Shown piece by piece: positions 1-7,755 of a DNA stretch of 40,646 nt. A program made the position numbers and the translations under genes. Under the pieces are notes generated by a model. That model did no database searches. It had not been told where the DNA came from and saw only the letters and a list, made by a program, of their open reading frames with translations. Within the stretch, counting starts at the first letter, position 1. Each line of letters begins with the position of its first letter. Source of the DNA: a virus (Duplodnaviria; Caudoviricetes); the IMG/VR virus record IMGVR_UViG_3300017971_000130, positions 1 to 40,646 of that record; one strand, written 5' to 3'.

Positions 1-123
1 ATATCAACCCACAAAATCTGATTCGTTTGCTGGAGATTTGTAAATACAGCCGAATGCATTGCGATTCCGGACAGCTTTGAAGCGGCATCACCCATTGTAG
101 CAGCTGCCTTAATAACATTGGTA
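1..123. repeat. Terminal direct repeat (circular assembly overlap), identical to 40524-40646
   Basis: The 123 nt ATATCAACCC...AACATTGGTA occur at both ends, and the capsid ORF reads in frame across the junction. Unit genome length is 40523 bp. Confidence 0.97.
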
Positions 124-629
124 GAATTGATGATATTAGCATCAGCAACAGACGACTGGGTTGCTATAGAAGCATCGTAAACCATATCACCAGAATCATT
201 AGCAACATTATCAGCAATTACACCAGTTAAAGTAGCGATTAATGCCGCCTGAAGTCTGCGAGCTTTATAATCCGCTACACGATCTGCAATCATTATCATA
301 GGATCATCACCGGCAAGATCAGCGGCAAGATCATTAACCGTCCATGCCCGACCACGAGTCAGCAATGCGGCTTTGTCTGTACCAGAAGTTACACCGGCAG
401 GCGTTAATGGTGAAGTATCAGACAGCACTTCATCATCGCCAGTCAGATCATTCCAAAACGGCATTGAAACAAGCTTTCCACCGGCATTGGCGGTTGAGCC
501 AATACGATTATCGATTTCAGGGCTGGTAGAAATTATACCACCCATATAAAAATTCATTAATTCAGTTGTTCTCTGAAGCACGTAAGGATTAAACACTTCA
601 GGAATAACAACATCAGCAACATGAGTCAT
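1..629 (-). CDS. Major capsid protein, SPP1 gp13-like, 5' part (continues to 40115; about 345 aa in total; absent from the ORF track)
   Basis: Manual translation from ATG at 629 (SD AAGGAG upstream): MTHVADVVIPEVFNPYV...MPFWNDLTGDDEVL...RGRAWTVNDLAADLAGDDPM...IAMHSAV. This closely follows SPP1 gp13 motifs (PELFNPYV, MPYWNDLDG, GSDPM, IGMHSA). Confidence 0.93.
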   Translation of the reverse strand, partial: MTHVADVVIPEVFNPYVLQRTTELMNFYMGGIISTSPEIDNRIGSTANAGGKLVSMPFWNDLTGDDEVLSDTSPLTPAGVTSGTDKAALLTRGRAWTVNDLAADLAGDDPMIMIADRVADYKARRLQAALIATLTGVIADNVANDSGDMVYDASIATQSSVADANIINSTNVIKAAATMGDAASKLSGIAMHSAVFTNLQQTNQILWVD

Positions 630-657
630 TTTGAACTCCTTTAATTAAATAAGCGAT

Positions 658-1335
658 TTAATACCCAGCTGCCTTCTTCAATTTAGCGGCAAGCTCTGGG
701 TTTGATTTTAAAACTTTGCCCTGATTGCCGAGATGAAAATGTTCACGTGACCAAGGATTCTTTAAATTCCAATCAGGCTCTCCTTCGCCATCACCGAGAT
801 CAACAGTTCTGCCTTCAAGCTTTTCTTTTACTCTCTTATTGACTTCACTCTCGAATACATCAGCAAGCCCATTGATAATATTTTTAGTACCATCAATATC
901 CTTGCCTAAAAGATTGTCAATAATATTGGTAAAAGGCAACTTTTTCTCGGAAATAAGCATCATGGCAGTATTCTTCAGCTCATTCCTTTTATTAGTTGCT
1001 TCAAGCTCTTCAATCCTTCTTCGATTCTCCCTGTTTTCTTTTTGCTCAGGTGTTTCGTCAGGATTTAATTCTTTGATTTTTTCTTCAACTGCTTTGTCAA
1101 CTTCTTTCTTAAAGTTGTTATCACGAAAAGTATTAACACCAGTAGTGATACCGGCATCAATTTTAGATTGAATCAATTTCTTTCCGTCATCCGACTCCAA
1201 ATAAGTCGCTACATCCTCAGCCTTCACCGTAGCTGTTCCCAAATTCGGAAATAGCTTCAGCAATTCTGCTGACAATGATTTCTTATCCGCATCAGATAAG
1301 CTGTTGATTGCTGTTAAAATCTCTTGAATGGTCAT
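658..1335 (-). CDS. Capsid scaffolding protein (SPP1 gp11/DUF4355-like)
   Basis: Coiled-coil, K/E-rich, directly upstream of the capsid gene. C-terminal KNPWSREHFHLGNQGKVLKSNPE resembles the SPP1-type scaffold tail. Start moved to ATG 1335 (SD AAGGAG). Confidence 0.85.
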   Translation of the reverse strand: MTIQEILTAINSLSDADKKSLSAELLKLFPNLGTATVKAEDVATYLESDDGKKLIQSKIDAGITTGVNTFRDNNFKKEVDKAVEEKIKELNPDETPEQKENRENRRRIEELEATNKRNELKNTAMMLISEKKLPFTNIIDNLLGKDIDGTKNIINGLADVFESEVNKRVKEKLEGRTVDLGDGEGEPDWNLKNPWSREHFHLGNQGKVLKSNPELAAKLKKAAGY

Positions 1336-1489
1336 TTCCATCTCCTTTAGTGTTTTATCCCACCGAGTCATTGCCAAGGTGCGATCTGCTCCCATTCATT
1401 CTCCTGCTAAAGCACGATTCAAAATGGAAAATTATTAAGTATTAGTTATTTGTTAGGTAGGTTTTTAAATATTAAATTTGTCTTTTTTA

Positions 1490-1540
1490 AGAACACTATT
1501 AATATAAGGAATAAAAAATCTAAAATCTACTTTTTTATTA
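1490..1540 (-). promoter_or_regulatory. Putative promoter for scaffold/capsid genes
   Basis: TTATTCCTTATATT motif on the minus strand, shared with sites near 6190(-), 6780(+) and 7214(+). Confidence 0.5.
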
Positions 1541-1544
1541 TTTC

Positions 1545-1727
1545 TTACGGCGCAACATACTCATCAATCTTTCGTACTATTTCAGTAGTACATTCATGAC
1601 CACATTTTTTGATAGCAGCCAAGATTGCTTCTTTGATGATTGATTTCCTTGTATCACTTACTTTTATCTCATTCCTGAATGCTTCATTGCCATCAATCTT
1701 TAGAATAGTTTCAAAATCAACTTCCAT
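1545..1727 (-). CDS. Hypothetical protein (60 aa)
   Basis: SD AAGGAG overlapping the gp7 stop codon; co-oriented in the head operon. Confidence 0.65.
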   Translation of the reverse strand: MEVDFETILKIDGNEAFRNEIKVSDTRKSIIKEAILAAIKKCGHECTTEIVRKIDEYVAP

Positions 1728-1736
1728 GATTTCTCC

Positions 1737-2687
1737 TTATTTCTTTGATTTGACTTTTTCCTTATACCAATCATCATAATTGGTAAAGCTTATATTTTCA
1801 TCATTCAGTTGATCCCGTCTTTTATCAGGCAATTCACCATCTATCGCCACTCCAAAATCACACCGGCAATGAATGTCGTGTTTTGCTACTCCTGATAATC
1901 CTGGGGCATCACAAATAGTTCCATCCGGTAAATGGAACAGACCTTCTTTATCAGCGAATTTTGAATCCATTGATTGATGGTGCGGTCTTGTCTTTGTATC
2001 CAAAGTAGAAATCCAGAATTTCTCCATTGTATCATCTGGTAAATTATTAAAAGCTTCCAATGATGATATGCTTCTCGACCGATTAGACTCTGTCCAAATT
2101 ACTCTCTGGATTTGCTTAAAGGATGAATTGAAATTATCTTTTATTGATCGAGCTGTCTTAGCATATCCGTGCCCTTGTATTAGCCCATTAGATAATGATG
2201 CCTTGATAGCCGTATTTGCTTGCATTATACTCTTCTGGTTTAATTCCTTTAAATGGAGCTTCCAGTTGACCAGACCCAAGCTCTGATTAATCGAAGCATC
2301 AATTGTTTCCTTAGTTAATAATCCAAAGTTTATACTCTTAGTTAATATGCTATCATATGTATAAGTCTTTTTATAAAAGGTCTCATCAAAGGTTGTATAG
2401 ATATTCCCAGTCATAATCTTTTGGTTTATTATTCCTAAATCCTTTAGAATCTCTTCCAGTTGAGCATGGACTTTTGTAAGCCGATTATATTTCATCATAT
2501 CGGCATTAGAAACATTGTCACCAAATTTCTTATACATATCAGCCAATATCCGGTCTACTTGCTTATATGAATCATAGTAATAAGTGCCCAATATCCTTAT
2601 ATCCTTAGTGGTACCAGATTTCCAAGAATTATATATAATTCTATTAGACTTCTTTAAATTACTATTTATCTTTTTGATTGATGGCAT
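1737..2687 (-). CDS. Minor head protein, SPP1 gp7/MuF family
   Basis: WISTLDTKTRPHHQSMD and HIHCRC motifs; follows the portal gene. Confidence 0.9.
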   Translation of the reverse strand: MPSIKKINSNLKKSNRIIYNSWKSGTTKDIRILGTYYYDSYKQVDRILADMYKKFGDNVSNADMMKYNRLTKVHAQLEEILKDLGIINQKIMTGNIYTTFDETFYKKTYTYDSILTKSINFGLLTKETIDASINQSLGLVNWKLHLKELNQKSIMQANTAIKASLSNGLIQGHGYAKTARSIKDNFNSSFKQIQRVIWTESNRSRSISSLEAFNNLPDDTMEKFWISTLDTKTRPHHQSMDSKFADKEGLFHLPDGTICDAPGLSGVAKHDIHCRCDFGVAIDGELPDKRRDQLNDENISFTNYDDWYKEKVKSKK

Positions 2688-4183
2688 TATTCATTACCTT
2701 CATCATCACCATCTGTTTTGTCATCATCGTCATCCGGTATTTGAATCAACTCTTGCTCATCTTCCATGGCTCTTATTTCTTCATCTGGATCAGCTATAAA
2801 ACTCAACCTGCTTAAACGAGTTTTTTCTGATACCAGACCTTTTAAAATATTAGAAGTTTCAGCTTCATATTTAGAGTCTACCGGAATATTGGGTGTAAAT
2901 CCAATAGATAAATTTAATACATTAAATGGTATACCGATTAAATTCCAATAGGTCTGTATACACTCATACTGGTCATATATAGACTCTTCAAATTGACCCT
3001 GTTTTATTATAGCCCGATCCACTATTGATTTAAGCTTCCACTTTCTACTCTCACCGGATTGACCTGCTCCTGAGAACTTCTCATCAGACATATCCACTGT
3101 ACCGGAAAATTTATATACATTCTCCTGTAGAGTCTTTTTGTGATTCTCGAAAAACTGATCATTTATCTCTTTAACAAGCCAATAGACTTTCCCACCTTCA
3201 CCAATAGATAATGCGCCTTGAGCTCTTAATTTATTTAGTGTATCTGTATCAACTCCTAAATTCTCGAATATTAAATAAGCATTTCTGAACTGGTCTATTT
3301 CGTCCTGAGAGCAAGAAACCGTATGATCATATCCATCAATCAAAGCTCTAACGAGATTGAAATCACCAAGCCTTTCATCATTATTTTTAAATTCAATTAA
3401 TGGTACGGATTTAAAGTTGTGATACTCTTCTGATTTGCCATTCGATCCTGCCACTGGAGCAAAATCTTTCTTCTTAGTTTCCTGAAAATAATATACCTTT
3501 TCTCGATCATACCATTCCACGTAATACCGAGTTTCAAGTTGCTCATCTCCATAATAAACCTTCATAGGAAAATAGCGCATAGCATAAACAACTTCATCAA
3601 TAGCCTTATCCCTAATGAAAATAGTTTCCCATGGGCTAACATGCTGGGCTCTTAAATTCTTATCAACATCTACATATAATAGCCGAGAAGAAGTGCCGCA
3701 AATACCCATAAATTTTGCTGTCTTCATATCGAGTGACCGCATCTTATTCATAGCATTAAAATCAGTCATAGCCATATCAACTTTTTCATATTCCGTAGCA
3801 TTATATCGGGACTCGTCATTGACATAAGTAATTGGATTGCCAAAGGAATAAGAGAAATGCTGTTTTGTTATTTCGCCACGATAATCATTGATCATTTTAT
3901 TATTTGGTTTATTATTATCAGGATCAAAAGCAATTGTCTTTTCTTCTATCGGGAGCTTGCCCCTGTATTCGTCATATAAGAGCTTATAGAATTGGGATTG
4001 GAATATATGGTCATTTATTAAATCGGAAATTATCTTGCTGGTCGGACTCTTAGCCATAGACTCCATCTGCTTGATAACAGCCAAGTGCTTTTCGTATGGA
4101 TCGATATAAGCCTTTGCATACTGCTCTGTCTTGGCATCGTTCCTTCTGTAATTATCATCCAAATTATCAACTTTATTAGACAT
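2687..4183 (-). CDS. Portal protein, SPP1 gp6-like
   Basis: NNKMINDY, FGNPITY, VPLIEFKNNDERLGDF, LIDGYD and SGESRKWK motifs; 498 aa; downstream of TerL. Confidence 0.92.
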   Translation of the reverse strand: MSNKVDNLDDNYRRNDAKTEQYAKAYIDPYEKHLAVIKQMESMAKSPTSKIISDLINDHIFQSQFYKLLYDEYRGKLPIEEKTIAFDPDNNKPNNKMINDYRGEITKQHFSYSFGNPITYVNDESRYNATEYEKVDMAMTDFNAMNKMRSLDMKTAKFMGICGTSSRLLYVDVDKNLRAQHVSPWETIFIRDKAIDEVVYAMRYFPMKVYYGDEQLETRYYVEWYDREKVYYFQETKKKDFAPVAGSNGKSEEYHNFKSVPLIEFKNNDERLGDFNLVRALIDGYDHTVSCSQDEIDQFRNAYLIFENLGVDTDTLNKLRAQGALSIGEGGKVYWLVKEINDQFFENHKKTLQENVYKFSGTVDMSDEKFSGAGQSGESRKWKLKSIVDRAIIKQGQFEESIYDQYECIQTYWNLIGIPFNVLNLSIGFTPNIPVDSKYEAETSNILKGLVSEKTRLSRLSFIADPDEEIRAMEDEQELIQIPDDDDDKTDGDDEGNE

Positions 4184-4194
4184 TTCAAACTCCT

Positions 4195-5667
4195 TTATAA
4201 AATATTAGGCACTGCTTCAATATTGCCTTGGAACTTAGTTATATCTTCAATAATACCAGTACAACAATCAGGAGCATCATCGTGCTGGTCTTTTATTTCT
4301 AATTTCTGATATGATATCATAGCTCCGTGAAAATCGGGATACATAGACTCCCACCCTTTAGGGAATAATAACAGTTCTTCAACGCTGGTAGCATTAGTTA
4401 ATATTCTTGCCCTTTTATTCTTAGATTGATGGAACCATTTAATAACAGGTGTTCTTGATTCGAATTTCTGCCATAATTTTGTTTTAACATTACGAGCAAA
4501 ACCACGACCACCATTATTGCTTTCAATCTTACAATGTTTAACTCCATTATGGTAGAGCATGTCAGCAGTCTTTGGCTCAGTTTCTTCCATAGCGGCATCA
4601 GTAAAATATATATCAAGCACATAAGCATAACCCAAATATACACCATAGGCAATAGCGCATAGCCAATCCTCTCCTGTATCAGCAGTATCAACATACGCCT
4701 TAATCTCTGAAAATAATAAATTACCCTTTACATCCTTAGGCAATTCATCATAGGTCTTAAAATTCTTATATAAAGAGCCAACCAAATCCATAGTCTTTTG
4801 ATGGTAATTAGCTTGGAAAATATGGGCTGGAATAGTTTTCTTTATATGATCATATCTGCCTTTATTAAGAGTAGTTGGAGAAAGCATCTCATCTTTTTCT
4901 TTGTCGTAAACTTCTCTGAGAAATTGGTACCAATTATCGGCATCATCAGAGTCCAAAATCCTTCCACATAAATCCTTCTTAGCCCATCGAGTCATTAGGA
5001 TAATTTCTAACGGCTCTCCAAACTGGGCTGATACTCTGGACATGAAAGTTCCGGTATACCATAGCCAAATCTTTTCTAAGAGATTTTCATTCATAGCTTC
5101 AAATGCGCCTTTTATCGGATCATCCACTATTTGTAATGTTGCTCCCTTAGAAGTAATAGAACCACCAATACCAGCACCAAGATAATTAAAATGTTCTCCT
5201 TCTAAAGCCCATTTATCCAGAGCACTGCTCCCTCTCTTCAATCGGCTATTCGGAAAAATATCACGATAAACTGTAACTGATGGATCTATTTTATCCATCT
5301 CAATTTCATCTCTCGAATACTTAGAGAAATCAAAAGCAATACGATCATTGTATGAAGCTGTAATAATTCTTTCTTGCCTATTCCTTCCAAGCACCCAAGT
5401 ACAGAAATGTATCATTGTACGAGTCTTTTTATGCTGAGGCGGCAGATTAATCATTAGCTTTTTATATGGCTTTCCATCAGGCTTTAATAAATTACCGTAA
5501 TAGAAATTATTCAATATATCACAATACTCTTCCAGATATCGATCATCATTTACATAACCATCCGGATCGATTATGCGGCAGTAATCATAGAAAGAAAGCC
5601 GAGCCAATGCTATCTTAGCATGCTTCTTTAAATAAGCTTTTTGTATTTCCTGAGTTACTAAATCCAT
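4195..5667 (-). CDS. terL: Terminase large subunit
   Basis: Walker A-like LPPQHKKT, Walker B IVDDP, MTRW coupling motif, nuclease motifs YVDTA and HDDAPD. Confidence 0.93.
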   Translation of the reverse strand: MDLVTQEIQKAYLKKHAKIALARLSFYDYCRIIDPDGYVNDDRYLEEYCDILNNFYYGNLLKPDGKPYKKLMINLPPQHKKTRTMIHFCTWVLGRNRQERIITASYNDRIAFDFSKYSRDEIEMDKIDPSVTVYRDIFPNSRLKRGSSALDKWALEGEHFNYLGAGIGGSITSKGATLQIVDDPIKGAFEAMNENLLEKIWLWYTGTFMSRVSAQFGEPLEIILMTRWAKKDLCGRILDSDDADNWYQFLREVYDKEKDEMLSPTTLNKGRYDHIKKTIPAHIFQANYHQKTMDLVGSLYKNFKTYDELPKDVKGNLLFSEIKAYVDTADTGEDWLCAIAYGVYLGYAYVLDIYFTDAAMEETEPKTADMLYHNGVKHCKIESNNGGRGFARNVKTKLWQKFESRTPVIKWFHQSKNKRARILTNATSVEELLLFPKGWESMYPDFHGAMISYQKLEIKDQHDDAPDCCTGIIEDITKFQGNIEAVPNIL

Positions 5668-6125
5668 TAATTATACGCCAATTCTCTCAAATCAGTAACA
5701 GGCATTTCACCCATTAATTTATCAATAAACTTCTCATTCGTCTTGTCTTCTATCATAACTTTTTCCGTGAACATAGCCAAATGTTTACCCACCAATTCAA
5801 CAGCCCTTAATGACACGGCAGGTCTGAACTCGAAAATATCTTGTTCAACGCCATCTTCATTTGTTTCTGTTCTTACTGGAATCTCACCAAGACACATCCG
5901 GTTTATTCTATCAAGATATGTTAGTACATAATCCTTGTCCAGATTAAGTTCTGCTGAAATGATTTTTTCAGCTATAAAATTCTGGACTTCTTCGCTATCT
6001 AAAGTCTTAACAACAAACTCTGGAGCTTTATTCGGTTTTACACCTGCTTCTTCTGCGGCTTTTAATGGTTGAAAATGAGTTAAATAGCGTTCTATAAATA
6101 ATGTTCTTCTTGCTGACATAGCCAT
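5667..6125 (-). CDS. terS: Terminase small subunit
   Basis: N-terminal HTH (FIERYL...AAEEAG) and ALRAVELVGKHLAMFTEK-like C-terminal motif; stop overlaps the terL start. Confidence 0.88.
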   Translation of the reverse strand: MAMSARRTLFIERYLTHFQPLKAAEEAGVKPNKAPEFVVKTLDSEEVQNFIAEKIISAELNLDKDYVLTYLDRINRMCLGEIPVRTETNEDGVEQDIFEFRPAVSLRAVELVGKHLAMFTEKVMIEDKTNEKFIDKLMGEMPVTDLRELAYN

Positions 6126-6174
6126 CGTATTGCTCCGATAAATTGATATAATTAGGTAGGTTTAAAAGATTTTA

Positions 6175-6225
6175 TAAACACTATAATATAAGGAATAAAA
6201 TGCCATAAATAAAATTTAAAAAAAA
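6175..6225 (-). promoter_or_regulatory. Putative promoter for the packaging/head operon
   Basis: TTTTATTCCTTATATTATAGTGTT on the minus strand, near-identical to the site upstream of the scaffold gene. Confidence 0.5.
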
Positions 6226-6700
6226 TTACGTTAGGTTTTTAAGATGGTTACGCCTAACGATGCCCAAATATAATATTCTTAAATAACCAGTAAAAAACCA
6301 ACTCGACCGTTTGGGCGAACGATTCCTAAAAATAAGAATAACAGTATAAAAAGGTTACGGCAGGGGTAACGGCAGGAAAGTCGGATAACGTGTTGTTTTT
6401 ATTAGTTTTAAACGGCGTAACGGCAAATTTCCCTATATAACTATATTTTTATATATCTACCCTCTAAAATACCCTATTTTAGTTAGTTAGTATTAACTAA
6501 CTTCATACCCTTAATTATATAAGTATATATACTTTATATATAAAAGTAACGTAACTATACGTAAGTATAAAGAAAACACCACCATATCCGTTACCCTTCC
6601 CGATACCATCCCGTAAACCGGACACAACTCGAAATCCCGTCACGCCTACTCTCACAGCACCTTATGGGATTCCAGCAGGGACTTAACAGCGTAACCACCA
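6226..6700. other. Putative replication origin: GTAAC/GTTAC repeats flanking an AT-rich palindromic core
   Basis: ORF-free region at a strand switch. GGTTACGG, GGTAACGG and GCGTAACGG lie on the left; CCGTTACC, CCGATACC and CCGTCACG on the right. Palindromes at 6481-6502 and 6521-6534. Confidence 0.55.
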
Positions 6701-6753
6701 CTTCAGATAGCCTAAACCGGATAAAAGGAGCTATAAAAAAAATAACAAAAAAT

Positions 6754-6810
6754 TAAAAAAATACTTTACTTTTGTTAATTTATTCCTTATATTTGTAATG
6801 AACGCAATAA
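6754..6810 (+). promoter_or_regulatory. Early-type promoter, copy 1 (57 bp, identical to 7188-7244)
   Basis: A-tract, TTTACT (6765-6770), 17 bp spacer, TATATT (6788-6793), then SD AAGGAG. Confidence 0.8.
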
Positions 6811-6825
6811 CTAAGGAGAAGCAAA

Positions 6826-7125
6826 ATGAGACAGCAACAAATTAAAGTTCACTTGAGAGCTTTTGGAAACAGGGAAAGACATGACATGAGAATAGTAGAA
6901 ATCCCAGATGTTTCTGATTGCACTTACGGAAGTAAATCAGATATTTTGGATAGAATTTTTATCCAAGGTCAGAACGATTTTCACCAATTGAATATTCGAA
7001 GCGTATCATCTGAAGATATTATTGAGTATGATGGAGAATTTTTCGGAATATTGATGGCTGGATATAAAAAGCTCAATAGCTTAGATGAAGAATTTGATAT
7101 GTTTGATTCAGCAGATTTGTTATAA
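6826..7125 (+). CDS. YodL-like small protein (99 aa)
   Basis: LDRIF...RSVSSEDIIEYDGEFFGILMAGYKKL resembles the YodL pattern L..IF...RSLSVSDVV...GFK.L; has its own promoter, SD and terminator. Confidence 0.55.
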   Translation: MRQQQIKVHLRAFGNRERHDMRIVEIPDVSDCTYGSKSDILDRIFIQGQNDFHQLNIRSVSSEDIIEYDGEFFGILMAGYKKLNSLDEEFDMFDSADLL

Positions 7126-7142
7126 AATCTACCTAATTAAAG

Positions 7143-7168
7143 AGCCGGCATTGTCCGGCTTTTTTTTT
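7143..7168 (+). terminator. Intrinsic terminator, copy 1
   Basis: AGCCGG-CATTGT-CCGGCT plus T-run; part of a 44-bp block (7123-7166) repeated at 7595-7638. Confidence 0.85.
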
Positions 7169-7187
7169 ACAAAAAAATTAAAAAAAA

Positions 7188-7244
7188 TAAAAAAATACTT
7201 TACTTTTGTTAATTTATTCCTTATATTTGTAATGAACGCAATAA
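7188..7244 (+). promoter_or_regulatory. Early-type promoter, copy 2
   Basis: Identical to 6754-6810; TTTACT at 7199-7204, TATATT at 7222-7227. Confidence 0.8.
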
Positions 7245-7261
7245 TTAAAAGGAGAACCAAA

Positions 7262-7597
7262 ATGACAGATTTCCAAGCAATGTTAGAAGTAGAAAAAGGC
7301 GAATTCAAAAAGAGCCTGAAGATGATTTTGGAAGATAATGATTTTGAACTCGTAGAATTACCTTTAAAGGATTTGCATGGTGGAGAGATTGTAAAAGGTG
7401 CTTACTACCGGATTAATGTTAGTGGTGAAATAGCAATTGATTGCCTCGTATCTGATGGAGTGAATATTATGAATATTTACCATCTTGGAATAATGTTTGC
7501 CCAGCTTTATATTGATCCAAATTGTGATGTTAATCCAAATCTTGAAGATATAGTTTTTCTTTTATCTGAATATTCTGGAGATGACTCTTTTAAATAA
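7262..7597 (+). CDS. Acidic hypothetical protein (111 aa)
   Basis: SD AAGGAG then ATG at 7262. The ORF-track extension to 7085 crosses a terminator and a promoter, so I rejected it. Confidence 0.75.
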   Translation: MTDFQAMLEVEKGEFKKSLKMILEDNDFELVELPLKDLHGGEIVKGAYYRINVSGEIAIDCLVSDGVNIMNIYHLGIMFAQLYIDPNCDVNPNLEDIVFLLSEYSGDDSFK

Positions 7598-7614
7598 AAT
7601 CTACCTAATTAAAG

Positions 7615-7638
7615 AGCCGGCATTGTCCGGCTTTTTTT
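7615..7638 (+). terminator. Intrinsic terminator, copy 2
   Basis: Same hairpin as 7143-7168. Confidence 0.85.
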
Positions 7639-7653
7639 ACATCTAAAATCCAT

Positions 7654-7753
7654 GAGCTCCAAATTCGCCATCTAAGAGCCGCAAATTTTCCGAGTCTTAT
7701 TATATAGCCCACCACGAGATCGTAGAATCAGGGCTATCCTGACAAGCCATTTT
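7654..7753 (+). repeat. Dispersed element, copy A (core 7691-7722)
   Basis: GAGCTCCAAATTCGCCAT...CGAGTCTTATTATATAGCCCACCACGAGATCGTAGAA...ATCCTGACAAGCCATTTT. Confidence 0.8.
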
Positions 7754-7755
7754 TA

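Noticed and set aside
1-123. Terminal repeat as a biological direct terminal repeat
   Set aside because: It falls in the middle of the capsid gene and is best explained as assembler overlap on a circular or permuted genome.
344-5931. Plus-strand ORFs opposite the head genes (344, 839, 2068, 2584, 2766, 3615, 4085, 5743) and the nested minus-strand ORF 4398-4694
   Set aside because: Antisense or out-of-frame shadows of well-supported structural genes, with no motifs or SDs.
7085-7261. N-terminal extension of the 170-aa ORF
   Set aside because: It runs through a terminator and a duplicated promoter; the SD supports ATG 7262.
7691-7722. Dispersed element as a XerCD dif site or attP
   Set aside because: It lacks the 11-6-11 dif layout with a TTATGTTAAAT-like arm, and no integrase was found; kept as an unexplained element.
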